Under the pieces are notes generated by a model. The model was not told the DNA's origin and did no database searches. It saw only the letters and a list, made by a program, of their open reading frames with translations. From the sequence record MT995927.1: a stretch of DNA of 64,000 nucleotides. The stretch is one strand, 5' to 3'. A program made the translations under genes and the position numbers. Of the stretch, positions 8,452 through 17,727 are shown piece after piece; within the stretch, counting starts at the first letter, position 1, and each line of letters starts with the position of its first letter.

Positions 8452-8472
8452 CCTATTTACCTATTATTAAAA

Positions 8473-8548
8473 TGGTCGGAGTGGGGAGACTCGAACTCCC
8501 GACATCCTGCTCCCAAAGCAGGTGCGCTACCAACTGCGCTACACTCCG
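8473..8548 (-). tRNA. trnP: tRNA-Pro(TGG)
   Basis: Acceptor CGGAGTG/CACTCCG, anticodon arm CCTGC-TTTGGGA-GCAGG, A73, encoded CCA. Confidence 0.95.
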
Positions 8549-8557
8549 TATTTAAAT

Positions 8558-8642
8558 TGGTGCCCGAAGTCGGATTCGAACCGACAAGACCGTAGCCGGA
8601 AGATTTTAAGTCTTCTGTGTTTACCAATTTCACCATTCGGGC
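8558..8642 (-). tRNA. trnL: tRNA-Leu(TAA)
   Basis: Acceptor GCCCGAA/TTCGGGC, anticodon arm GAAGA-CTTAAAA-TCTTC, long variable arm, A73, encoded CCA. Confidence 0.95.
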
Positions 8643-8700
8643 ATTGTGCTTCAATACATAACATGTAATGCTAGGTATTTTATTACAACTTATTTTAAAT

Positions 8701-9180
8701 TCAACGTGGCCATTGTAATGATGTTATCTTTTTACCATTAATGTACACTGTAATTACTTCAGCCCAATTATGAATAACATGTTCAATAATTGGTACATCA
8801 TGTCTACTGGCTACACCATTCATATTCCATTTGACGTAGATGTTCATTAGATTAGTGGTTAACTTATCTTTCATAATACTGGGGGAATCTAATTTAGTAC
8901 CACCTAAACTAAAGAAATAATCATTTATTTCTTTTAGATAACCAGTATTATAAATATTAAGTTCTTCATTAATCAATGATTCTTTAGGTAGTACATAATT
9001 ATCTTTAGATGAATCTAGTTTAGTTTGATTTACAATATTATTTACTAGACCCCTTAGGATAGCACTTGCTCGACCAGCTTCACGTCTTTTATATTTATCA
9101 TAATCTTTTACATTAGCTGCAATCTTATCAAATTCTTTTTGGGCATAGATTAATCCTGGTAAAAGTTCATTCTTAATCAT
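8701..9180 (-). CDS. Hypothetical protein
   Basis: 159-aa ORF with AT-rich phage codon usage. Confidence 0.6.
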   Translation of the reverse strand: MIKNELLPGLIYAQKEFDKIAANVKDYDKYKRREAGRASAILRGLVNNIVNQTKLDSSKDNYVLPKESLINEELNIYNTGYLKEINDYFFSLGGTKLDSPSIMKDKLTTNLMNIYVKWNMNGVASRHDVPIIEHVIHNWAEVITVYINGKKITSLQWPR

Positions 9181-9234
9181 TTTATAATTACTCTATGTTG
9201 TTTGTACATATTTTAATATACATACGTAAAAACA

Positions 9235-9261
9235 AAATATAAAGCCTCCCCGAAGGGAGGC
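9235..9261 (-). terminator. Intrinsic terminator
   Basis: Minus strand reads GCCTCCC-TTCG-GGGAGGC-TTTATATTTT. Confidence 0.85.
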
Positions 9262-9388
9262 GATATATCGTCATTAATGCCCAGCAAAGAGTTTTACTCT
9301 CTGGGAGCCAGTTGGAAGGGGGACTGGCTCCGATTTATTATGACTAATGTAGAAACAAGGGGGAGGGATTATTTCTACATATCATTAC
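9237..9388 (-). ncRNA. Candidate structured small RNA with two C-rich loops
   Basis: Two perfect 9-bp stems, a third hairpin and a closing stem, between a TATG late-promoter-like motif and a terminator; no ORF. Confidence 0.45.
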
Positions 9389-9430
9389 ATACTTGGTAAG
9401 TTATTCTTCAACACCAATGAGCGTATTGTG

Positions 9431-11284
9431 TTAATTGGTGTTCTCTACGGATGAACCACTTGGGAAGCTACTGATAGACGCTTGCATTAGTTTCAACATA
9501 TCGATAGCAAATACTCGATATGTAGATTCAACCTTAGCATCGTCGTATGCTGCATGAATGTTAAGAATGCTATTATCGGCCCGTTTAGCCAGCAGATATA
9601 CGTCCTCAAGAGCATCTTTATCTTTAATAGTGGATAGCTTATGTTTGTAAATATCCCCATTGACAGATAGATCAGGATACTGGGCTAACCAAGTGTCCGC
9701 AATAGTCTTAGTGTTGTTAGACAAAATATCAATGATAACGTTAGCTGCTTCCACAATACCGGTAGCATCAAGTAACTTAATCTTAATACCAGCATTATCA
9801 GGCCATTTGGGTTCTTGGAAGTTTGTCTTTACATTGGGTTTCCATTCAGCAAGAAGAGTAGCGACTTTCTTAGGGTCTTGCCAATCATTCCCTTTGAACA
9901 GATTAACCACGGGGGCTAGCATCTTACTGTTCTCATCCAGAACTTTCTGGTTGTGTTGATCAGCTTTAGCTACAGCATTAGTTACATTAGCTTTTGCGGT
10001 CTTAGGATCATTAGATGCAAACGTCTCGTAACTCGATACTTTTACTTCGCCGGTTTTAAGTTTTGCTTCTGCCACCCATTTGGGGTCACCATAGGTACTT
10101 TTCAGCGTAGCAATAGCTTTCTTCTTTTTATCGAGATTGATCTCAGGGCCAGAGTCGAAGATACTCTTAATGATGTCGATAAGACCTTCATTTGAGACTT
10201 GTATAAAACCGGGAGTGTTAATGATGGACTTCTCTACATACCCGCCACGAATAACCCGATTTATAAAACCATTAAGACCACTACCAGTTTCGGCCATATC
10301 TTTCATGATTTCTATATTCGTTTCACCAGCACTTTGGGCATTGTATAAATAATAAGAACCATCTTTAAATTTTAGTATAATCCAGTCATCTCCAGTTAGA
10401 TATGAATCAATATTACTATCATTCATACTTTGGTATTTAATGAATTCTGGATTAGTGCTTAGTACTTCTTCAATAAATTCTTCTAATGCCGCAGAATTAT
10501 TAATAGCATCAACAGGTGGAATTTCACCATCAATGGGTTCAGTAGTTGGACCAGTAACAATGGCAGGTAACGGATCCTCCTCTACAATAACAGTTTCTTC
10601 TACTGGTAGAGCACCACATGAAGCATCAATTAGTTTATTAAAACTACTAATGATTTCACCAAGTGCTACAAGAACTGCTGGCTGTTCAACTTGCTCAACT
10701 TTGGCAATACCAGTTTCTGTAAATTCTTCAGTGATTCGGTTATAGACTTCCACTAATTGATTAGTAAGCTCTGCTACTTTTGGCAGAGTCTGCTTAGACA
10801 GAGGTTCAACTACAGTTGTATCTGCTTCAACAAAAATAGAATCATCTTCTTCTAAACGGCTAGTATTAGCTGAGCCAGCTGTGAAGTTATAAGGCATATC
10901 TTGAATTACTTCATTAATTTCAGATGCCGCCATATCTTCATTTAGACGACCACTATAAGTACGCATCATACCTTCTGCTTCTTTAATAGTGGAATGCGCT
11001 AAGCGTCCCCAATCACCACGCATAATACCGCGCTCGGTAAGACCGCGTGCAGCTGAACCAAGATCAATAGGTTCTTCAATAAATGATTGTTCTTCAACCC
11101 ACTCCTCATTACTGTAACATTCTTTTAGAATGGTTTTAAATTTAGTACTAAAGGGTTGTAGAATCTTTTTATCTACTTGTTCAACATTTGTTTTAAAGTG
11201 TTCTAGACTTGGTGTAGCTTTTGAAGATACTTTTTCAGTACCGCTATATAGCGTACGATTTAGGAAGTTTAGCATTTTATTCAT
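9431..11284 (-). CDS. Internal head (ejection) protein, phiKZ gp303-like, likely processed by the prohead protease
   Basis: Acidic N-terminal region with S/A-x-E sites (SLE, ALE) and SNE|GLIDIIKSIF typical of phiKZ head proteins; position two genes downstream of nrdB. Confidence 0.7.
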   Translation of the reverse strand: MNKMLNFLNRTLYSGTEKVSSKATPSLEHFKTNVEQVDKKILQPFSTKFKTILKECYSNEEWVEEQSFIEEPIDLGSAARGLTERGIMRGDWGRLAHSTIKEAEGMMRTYSGRLNEDMAASEINEVIQDMPYNFTAGSANTSRLEEDDSIFVEADTTVVEPLSKQTLPKVAELTNQLVEVYNRITEEFTETGIAKVEQVEQPAVLVALGEIISSFNKLIDASCGALPVEETVIVEEDPLPAIVTGPTTEPIDGEIPPVDAINNSAALEEFIEEVLSTNPEFIKYQSMNDSNIDSYLTGDDWIILKFKDGSYYLYNAQSAGETNIEIMKDMAETGSGLNGFINRVIRGGYVEKSIINTPGFIQVSNEGLIDIIKSIFDSGPEINLDKKKKAIATLKSTYGDPKWVAEAKLKTGEVKVSSYETFASNDPKTAKANVTNAVAKADQHNQKVLDENSKMLAPVVNLFKGNDWQDPKKVATLLAEWKPNVKTNFQEPKWPDNAGIKIKLLDATGIVEAANVIIDILSNNTKTIADTWLAQYPDLSVNGDIYKHKLSTIKDKDALEDVYLLAKRADNSILNIHAAYDDAKVESTYRVFAIDMLKLMQASISSFPSGSSVENTN

Positions 11285-11335
11285 GTCTACTCTCTCGTTG
11301 ATGACTGTTAATAAGAGTGCTATAGAATTGTTAGC

Positions 11336-11361
11336 ATAAACCCTCCCAATTAAGGGAGGGT
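11336..11361 (-). terminator. Intrinsic terminator
   Basis: ACCCTCCC-AATTAA-GGGAGGGT; identical 22-mer at 13017-13038. Confidence 0.75.
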
Positions 11362-11369
11362 CATTATGT

Positions 11370-11786
11370 CTACATTATTTCGTAGGTACCATCAGACATT
11401 TCTACAATAGTTACAGACATGTCTGGTTCTAACTTCTTATTTGTGACGATTTGATTCATGTACAGTTTACCATGATCTTCAATGATCATCTTACATTGGT
11501 AAGTTTCTGTTGCAGCCATGTTATTACCGATAGCACCGCCAGCTGCCCCACCAATCAGACCTCCAATCCAACTACCCGATTTACCAAGAAGTGCTTTACC
11601 CACCGCAGCACCGGCAGCAGCTCCGACGGTGCCTCCAATAGTTGCACCAGCGATACTATTATCTTTAGCTACAAGTTGGCAATCGACTTGTTTAATAATC
11701 CCACTAGTGGTTGCTTTAATTTCACTGGCTTCAAGAGTCATAGATACGAGTACTAAGGATAGTGCAAGAATTAATTTATTCATCAC
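11370..11786 (-). CDS. Exported glycine-zipper (2TM) protein
   Basis: Signal-peptide-like MNKLILALSLVLVS...; GATIGGTVGAAAGAAVG and GGLIGGAAGGAIG GxxxG repeats. Confidence 0.8.
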   Translation of the reverse strand: MMNKLILALSLVLVSMTLEASEIKATTSGIIKQVDCQLVAKDNSIAGATIGGTVGAAAGAAVGKALLGKSGSWIGGLIGGAAGGAIGNNMAATETYQCKMIIEDHGKLYMNQIVTNKKLEPDMSVTIVEMSDGTYEIM

Positions 11787-12946
11787 ATGAAATCTACTTC
11801 GAATTCTTCTTCTTCACCAACATCATTTACAACGTTGACCATGTAATCAGGCTTCTCTTCTTCCTGAGGAGATGCTTGGGTTGATGAAATATCTAGGTAG
11901 TCTTCCATATAAAGAAGTGGGTTCTTCTCTGGCCAAACAAAATCAAATCCAGCTGATTCTTTAAACTCCACTTGATACTGTTCTACAACATCATTTTCAA
12001 TACTTAGGAATGTTGCTGCGGCATTAGCATTGAAAAGTACCCAGTTAATAAGTTTAGTCGCATTAACACCAGTTAGTTCACGACCTTCAGAGAATAGATA
12101 ATTAATCCAGGTAACTTCAGTCTTTACAATTTCCCATAGTAGTTCAATGATTTTATCTTTACATTGACTGTAAGCGAGTTTACCGCGTTCAGTTGCCAGT
12201 AGTGCACGAATAACTTCTTGTCCATATTGCGCATGGATTTCGAATTCGTCTTGGGCAATTTTCTTAACAGCAGCTGCAATTTGCTGGAATGCACCAGTAC
12301 GACCAATAGCAAAGGTTACTGCAAAGGATGCCATGAACTGGATACGTTCTAGGAAATATAGAGCGATGAAGAACATGAATACTTTATTGTAAAGTTCTTG
12401 ATCATTGGGTACCTGATTAAGAGCATACGCATGAACTGCGTCATGTGCTTCACCCATAGTGCGGGCTACGGCAACCATTCGTTCTTGTGCTTCTTCTACC
12501 CTAAGAATTTCGTCTAGAATAACTTTAGGATCTTTAAAGCTATTACGTACAATTTCAGAATAAGTTAAAGCATGTACGTCTTCATTATCATTAATACGTA
12601 CATATCCCGCCCATACTCGTGAATCTGTCATGACAGGTGATAGAATATTAACAATGGAACGACTAGCTACAGAGTCAGCTTCCCATTGCCAGGCCAGCGT
12701 CTTAATCATCATGTCATAAGTTGATTTATCACACGTTTCAAATTCTACTAGACAAGTGGAAAAGTCAAATTCTAGCTCATCCCAATCAAGCATCTTTAGA
12801 CGCTTATATAGCTCCCACATTTTAGGATAATGAGTGTGGATTGAATCTAGTAGACCTGGATCATCTCCAAGAATAATTTCCGGTAGATGATAATCACTCT
12901 TAGCAGCATTGAAGATTTTCTTTGGTAGTTGAGATTTAGTAGACAT
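11783..12946 (-). CDS. nrdB: Ribonucleotide reductase class Ia beta subunit
   Basis: Diiron motifs EADS, EDVHALTY (radical Tyr), LERIQFMASF and DEFEIH. Confidence 0.95.
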   Translation of the reverse strand: MSTKSQLPKKIFNAAKSDYHLPEIILGDDPGLLDSIHTHYPKMWELYKRLKMLDWDELEFDFSTCLVEFETCDKSTYDMMIKTLAWQWEADSVASRSIVNILSPVMTDSRVWAGYVRINDNEDVHALTYSEIVRNSFKDPKVILDEILRVEEAQERMVAVARTMGEAHDAVHAYALNQVPNDQELYNKVFMFFIALYFLERIQFMASFAVTFAIGRTGAFQQIAAAVKKIAQDEFEIHAQYGQEVIRALLATERGKLAYSQCKDKIIELLWEIVKTEVTWINYLFSEGRELTGVNATKLINWVLFNANAAATFLSIENDVVEQYQVEFKESAGFDFVWPEKNPLLYMEDYLDISSTQASPQEEEKPDYMVNVVNDVGEEEEFEVDFM

Positions 12947-13014
12947 ATCAGTTCCTTTACAATTTAAAAATATTTCTTACAATAAATAATAGAGGTTAGT
13001 ATAAATTGGGAATA

Positions 13015-13040
13015 ACACCCTCCCAATTAAGGGAGGGTGT
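13015..13040 (-). terminator. Hairpin between nrdA and nrdB
   Basis: ACACCCTCCC-AATTAA-GGGAGGGTGT; weak U-tail, so possibly an attenuator or processing site. Confidence 0.55.
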
Positions 13041-13046
13041 ATACAC

Positions 13047-15335
13047 TTAAAGAGTGCACGAACCGCCTGCACACCCAACTTCAGTATTAGTTACCTCAAC
13101 AGCACGTTCAAGTGATTTAATATCAAGTCCTGCTGCTGTTTCTAGATTTACATAATACCGGGTTTTCATTCCACGTTTCACCATGTAGAAGTGATTACCT
13201 AGCATTTCATTAGAAGAGATCTTTTCAGAACCTACAATGCGTCGGTAGAGGTCCGCACTGATTGTTTGATCAGTCCACTTTTGAATAATGGCATAGCAAT
13301 CAATAAGATCTTTAGTGGGGATATCATAAGCTGATTCATACACATAGGAATCATCATCTCCATATGGAGCAGCCCATAGCACACGTGCACCATTATCAGT
13401 CTTATTAAGAATTAGGCGACGTACCGGGTATGGACCATTAGTTGACCCTAGTGCCTTAGATGATGCTTCACCAGGCATGTATGCAGCTAGTACGGAGTGT
13501 GCAATACCACCATTCTCCTTAATTTCTTTCTCTAGCTCATCCCATGGATAAAGTTCTTCAAAGCCACCTTCAATGATAGTATCCACTGACTTATTATAAG
13601 TCTTACGTGGAGTCCATCCCTCTGGCCATTTAGTCTTATGAATCCAAGGCGCATTCCCGCGTTCTTTAGAAATCTTAAGTGACGCCTTAATAAGGAAGTA
13701 CATATGCCGTTCAGCAATGAAGTGGATTTCAGCTTTACCAGCATCGCTGCTATATTTAAGGCCAGCACGTGCCATATGTGTGGCTAGACCCATGATACCA
13801 ACACCAGCACTCATTCGATTCTTAGCGGTTAGTGCAAGGTGTGGGAAAGCATACTCTGCATTAAGGATACAATAGTCAATCATCTTAAGTGCGTAGTAAG
13901 CCGCCATTTCATAAGTTTGCTTATCAGGAACGTTATCCACTGCAATAGCAGCCAGTGAACAAGTAGCAATCTCACCGCGCCCGTGATCCTCACTAGAATA
14001 AAGATCTTCCATTCGATAGTAAGGCTTAGTGGGTTCTGCGATTTCAAGGCATAGGTTAGAACTGTAAATAGGTTCTTTAAATGGTGTATGATGATTGAGT
14101 TCATCAATTTGAGCTGAATAGATGGTTCCAGTCTCATATGCTTCAACTAGCATTGATTTGAGAAGATCCCGAGCATTTACATAAGTTTTCTCAAATTTAG
14201 GATCCGCTTCATATTTTTCATAAAGCTTAATAAACTTATCAATATCACCACTATAGAAAGCATCATGTAGATCTGGAGCAGTAAATGGATTGAATACAAA
14301 GATCATGCCATCTTTCTGAGCCGCTTTCTTAGCAAAGAACTTATTACTTAGGAATGCATAGTGAAGATCACGGTTCTTCCTATCCTCAGTAGAACGTGGA
14401 TTACGTAGCTGTGTAATCATATCTGCTTCAGGATCGAAAGCACTATAGTAACACGTAACAGCACCACCTCGACCATTTTGTAGGTTAGCCCTTACTGCTT
14501 TACCAATTACATCGATGTATGGTTTCTTACCTTGGTGAATGATTAGGCCATTACGGATAGGATCACCAATTGACCTAGTCATTAAGTTAACACCAATGCC
14601 TGCTGATGATTGGGTCATGATGTTAGCAATATAATCACCCATTGCCAGTGATACACCATTATCACCAGAAGCAAATAGGCAACATGATGCAAAACCACGA
14701 AGCTTAGTACCTAGGTTAACGTAGTTAGGTGTTGGCGCACTAAGAATTTTATTAGAAAGTAGTTTATAGTAATTCTCCACATGGGTCATGCGAGTTTCAG
14801 CTGGCTCTTTTTCAGCTAGAGCCATTGCCATTCGCATATATACAAACTGGGCAGTCTCATATTCTTGACCAGTTTTACGATTACGTAGAGCATACTTTCC
14901 ACGAATGTGATGAAGTGAAAAATGCGGACAAAGTAGGTCAAGATCGTGATCAATGATCTTTTCAATCTGAGCGTATTCTTTACTACTATAATCTAATTTA
15001 ACAATGATACCATCTTTACGCATCCTGGTTTGAAGCGCTTTAACAGTTGGGATGCCATTTAGACCATAGAACTTCTTACGAAGATAAATCGCATATAGTC
15101 GACCAGCCATTAGATAATAAGACCATGTCTTACGATTTAGACATTCTTCAATAAGTTGTAATTGTAGTTCTTGTGATGAAGTTTTATCACCAAGAGCTTG
15201 AACAGCATCCATCACAACACTACTCCAATCCACCTTATCGCCAAGATGTTGGGCTGCCCATTCACCCCAACCATTAATCTTAGCAGGTGAGTATGCTTCT
15301 TCAGTACCGTCTAGTTTAATGATAGTTTTTAACAT
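13047..15335 (-). CDS. nrdA: Ribonucleotide reductase class Ia alpha subunit
   Basis: ATP-cone-like N-terminus (MLKTIIKLDG, start placed at 15335), SAPTP, FASCC, SSNLCLEI and C-terminal CAGGSCTL. Confidence 0.95.
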   Translation of the reverse strand: MLKTIIKLDGTEEAYSPAKINGWGEWAAQHLGDKVDWSSVVMDAVQALGDKTSSQELQLQLIEECLNRKTWSYYLMAGRLYAIYLRKKFYGLNGIPTVKALQTRMRKDGIIVKLDYSSKEYAQIEKIIDHDLDLLCPHFSLHHIRGKYALRNRKTGQEYETAQFVYMRMAMALAEKEPAETRMTHVENYYKLLSNKILSAPTPNYVNLGTKLRGFASCCLFASGDNGVSLAMGDYIANIMTQSSAGIGVNLMTRSIGDPIRNGLIIHQGKKPYIDVIGKAVRANLQNGRGGAVTCYYSAFDPEADMITQLRNPRSTEDRKNRDLHYAFLSNKFFAKKAAQKDGMIFVFNPFTAPDLHDAFYSGDIDKFIKLYEKYEADPKFEKTYVNARDLLKSMLVEAYETGTIYSAQIDELNHHTPFKEPIYSSNLCLEIAEPTKPYYRMEDLYSSEDHGRGEIATCSLAAIAVDNVPDKQTYEMAAYYALKMIDYCILNAEYAFPHLALTAKNRMSAGVGIMGLATHMARAGLKYSSDAGKAEIHFIAERHMYFLIKASLKISKERGNAPWIHKTKWPEGWTPRKTYNKSVDTIIEGGFEELYPWDELEKEIKENGGIAHSVLAAYMPGEASSKALGSTNGPYPVRRLILNKTDNGARVLWAAPYGDDDSYVYESAYDIPTKDLIDCYAIIQKWTDQTISADLYRRIVGSEKISSNEMLGNHFYMVKRGMKTRYYVNLETAAGLDIKSLERAVEVTNTEVGCAGGSCTL

Positions 15336-15679
15336 TGTTAATTTCCAATTGTGAGTCGTAAGTTCATGTGAAAAAGTATTCAACATATCTTTAGATCAAC
15401 TAAGTATTTTTACGACCCATTTTAAATGAATTTAGTTGATCTATTGTAAAAGCATATTATGGTACATTGGATATCTTTATCTTAAAAACCTCTGTAGCCT
15501 TAGTGCCTTAAGGGTTACAGCTATATAGTCCAATATCGTTCTACCATGCTATTTAAGAGCTTTAAATAATAACCCACTATGTACCCTTAGGTTTTATTTT
15601 ATCAGCAATATAGCTTAAAATAGAAATATACCTAAGTGCTTTTTACTATACTACTATTATTTATCGGAGTTAATTAAGA

Positions 15680-16069
15680 ATGTCTTTTTATCTACCGAGA
15701 TACACCGATCCAATTGAAGCAATCGAATGGAAAAAGAACGGTGATATACCTGGTGATGGCGTTATCAATAATATCAACCAAGGTGCTATTGTTGGTTATG
15801 CTATACCTACTAAAGAGTCTACTCTTAGTAATGCGATTTGCCCATTATGTAATCTAACTGAATCTAGTCATGGTATTTTACGTGTAGGCTCAGATAAAGA
15901 TAAAATTGTCTGTCCGGGTGATTTTATTATTTTAATTCGTAAAAATAATGGGCGTATACTAGATTACAAATTAATGCGTCAACGTGAATTTAATAAACTT
16001 TATCAACTGGTAACAAAAGAGGAAGCTAAACAATGGGCAATGATGTTGGATCCAGAAAAGAAGGACTAA
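15680..16069 (+). CDS. Hypothetical protein with putative Zn-binding motif (phiKZ gp1 position)
   Basis: CPLC...H...VCPGD motif; GGAG SD. Confidence 0.65.
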   Translation: MSFYLPRYTDPIEAIEWKKNGDIPGDGVINNINQGAIVGYAIPTKESTLSNAICPLCNLTESSHGILRVGSDKDKIVCPGDFIILIRKNNGRILDYKLMRQREFNKLYQLVTKEEAKQWAMMLDPEKKD

Positions 16070-16617
16070 AGTTATATGAAGCTTTAGTTGAGGATATAAT
16101 CATCACCAATGATCTTGGTACTGGTCTTCGACCATCTCTTAATATAACCACTAATGATGGTGTAACTAGGAATGTTACATTTGATCAACTTGAGAATTTT
16201 ATTAAAGTTATAAAAGCCACGCATGATACGCAAACTGTTGGCACTCCATTACAATGGTGTATTTACAGGTATGCTCCTAATTTAGTTAAAGCTCGGTATA
16301 TTGCAACTAGTTGGAAAATAACTGTAGACCATGTTAAAAAGACTTTGAATTTTCAAGGTACTTTAAACCACGAAGGTACTGTAGTTGATCATCCTAACTA
16401 TGATCCAGATATTACCGCAAGAGAACTAATGTTCGATGAAACTATTACTGATTTTAGTCGATTTGAACAAATTGCTCTGTCTGGAAATATCGCTAACTTT
16501 AAAGAAGAATTCAAAATGATGAAATATAGTTTTGACTTTAGTTACATTATTGAAGTTAGTAATGGCATGACTAGACTCAAGGAGTTAGCTAATGATCAAA
16601 CTGGATTATCAGATTAA
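16033..16617 (+). CDS. phiKZ gp2 position; probable phage-nucleus shell-associated protein ChmB
   Basis: Positional inference only (two genes before DHFR, which is phiKZ gp4); sequence not independently recognised. Confidence 0.45.
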   Translation: MGNDVGSRKEGLKLYEALVEDIIITNDLGTGLRPSLNITTNDGVTRNVTFDQLENFIKVIKATHDTQTVGTPLQWCIYRYAPNLVKARYIATSWKITVDHVKKTLNFQGTLNHEGTVVDHPNYDPDITARELMFDETITDFSRFEQIALSGNIANFKEEFKMMKYSFDFSYIIEVSNGMTRLKELANDQTGLSD

Positions 16618-17098
16618 ATCAGAAGTCAATCATCTATTAAATAGATTATTAGTTAAAAACTTAGATGGCACTGTTTATTTTAGAACAACTATTAAAGAAG
16701 ACGATTTAAAAGACTTACCTGTTAATCTGATTAGCCTACAAGTACTTATAAATCTATTGATAGGTTATGAAGGACTAGATATTACAACTAGTATTGAGGA
16801 ATTCACACAGCAGATTAGTCTGATTCTTTGGGACATGCCCATACTAGAAAAAGGCGAAGTGGAATACCTCTATATTGAACAAGATATTAAGTTGAATGAA
16901 TTAGTTATTAAACATAAAAGACCTGGTGTATTGATTGATGAGAAAGTATATGGTGAATTAACGCTATTACAAATGGCTCAAATTAATTACCTATTAGCGT
17001 CTACATTTAAGTTTAAAACTAATTTCACTTGCTGTAGTTGGGCTATTGAATTTAAAGATAATGAAGTATCTTGTAAATTCTGGCCTAAGGAAAATTGA
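16592..17098 (+). CDS. Hypothetical protein (gp3 position)
   Basis: 168-aa ORF overlapping both neighbours. Confidence 0.65.
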   Translation: MIKLDYQIKSEVNHLLNRLLVKNLDGTVYFRTTIKEDDLKDLPVNLISLQVLINLLIGYEGLDITTSIEEFTQQISLILWDMPILEKGEVEYLYIEQDIKLNELVIKHKRPGVLIDEKVYGELTLLQMAQINYLLASTFKFKTNFTCCSWAIEFKDNEVSCKFWPKEN

Positions 17099-17619
17099 TG
17101 GCTATTAAATTAATCGTTGCCCATGACCTAAATGGTGTCATTGGATATAATAATCTATTACCTTGGCATATACCTGAGGATTTAGCTTTCTTTAAAGAAA
17201 TGACAACTGGTTGCTGTGTTATCATGGGTAAAAATACTTTCTTATCCTTAGGTAGTAAACCGTTACCTAATCGTAATAACATTGTTGTATCATCAAGTTT
17301 ATATCGTAACGGTAATTATCCAGTAGCCTATGATAATAAATTAGGTGTACTCCCTAATCTAAGTGCAGCTATTGTTTATGCCACTCATTTCAATAAAGAA
17401 ACTGGAAAGGATGTATGGATCATTGGCGGTTCTCAACTTTATAAAGAAGTCATTGAAAAGGATATTTTAGACGAAATGTACATTACTACTGTCAAGATGG
17501 AAATAGATAATAGTAGTTGTGTTTATTTCCCTAAAGAAATCATTAAATGGGATAAATGGAAATCAACCATTATTAAAGAAACTGACCTATGTACATATAC
17601 CCATTGGATTAAAGCATAA
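17098..17619 (+). CDS. folA: Dihydrofolate reductase
   Basis: LIVAHDLNGVIG, LPWHIPEDLAFFK, VIMGKNTF, PLPNRNNIV and WIIGG motifs. Confidence 0.97.
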   Translation: MAIKLIVAHDLNGVIGYNNLLPWHIPEDLAFFKEMTTGCCVIMGKNTFLSLGSKPLPNRNNIVVSSSLYRNGNYPVAYDNKLGVLPNLSAAIVYATHFNKETGKDVWIIGGSQLYKEVIEKDILDEMYITTVKMEIDNSSCVYFPKEIIKWDKWKSTIIKETDLCTYTHWIKA

Positions 17620-17623
17620 TAAT

Positions 17624-17650
17624 AGCCTTCCCCCCAGGGGAAGGCTTTAT
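17624..17650 (+). terminator. Intrinsic terminator
   Basis: AGCCTTCCCC-CCA-GGGGAAGGCT-TTAT. Confidence 0.8.
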
Positions 17651-17658
17651 GTCATGTA

Positions 17659-17685
17659 TTCAAACATATTTAAACAGTATATTAC
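17659..17685 (+). promoter_or_regulatory. Phage early promoter (class A)
   Basis: TTCAAACATATTTAAACAG-TATATTAC; TATATTAC is the published phiKZ early consensus. Confidence 0.85.
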
Positions 17686-17727
17686 AAAGGTGAATTAAAT
17701 ATAGATTATTCTATTTATTATTGAGGA

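Noticed and set aside
6885-8642. tRNA-associated self-cleaving ribozymes (HDV-like/theta, hammerhead)
   Set aside because: Spacers flanking the tRNAs are short and AT-rich and show no recognisable core
8457-8654. 65-aa ORF on the minus strand
   Set aside because: It lies over tRNA-Leu and tRNA-Pro and is a translation of tRNA sequence
11451-11790. Two plus-strand ORFs rich in Pro, Ala and Ser
   Set aside because: They are antisense shadows of the glycine-zipper gene
15387-15679. AT-rich divergent intergenic region as a replication origin
   Set aside because: Only an imperfect inverted repeat (CTGTAGCCTT/AAGGGTTACAG) and no iterons; divergent promoters are enough to explain it
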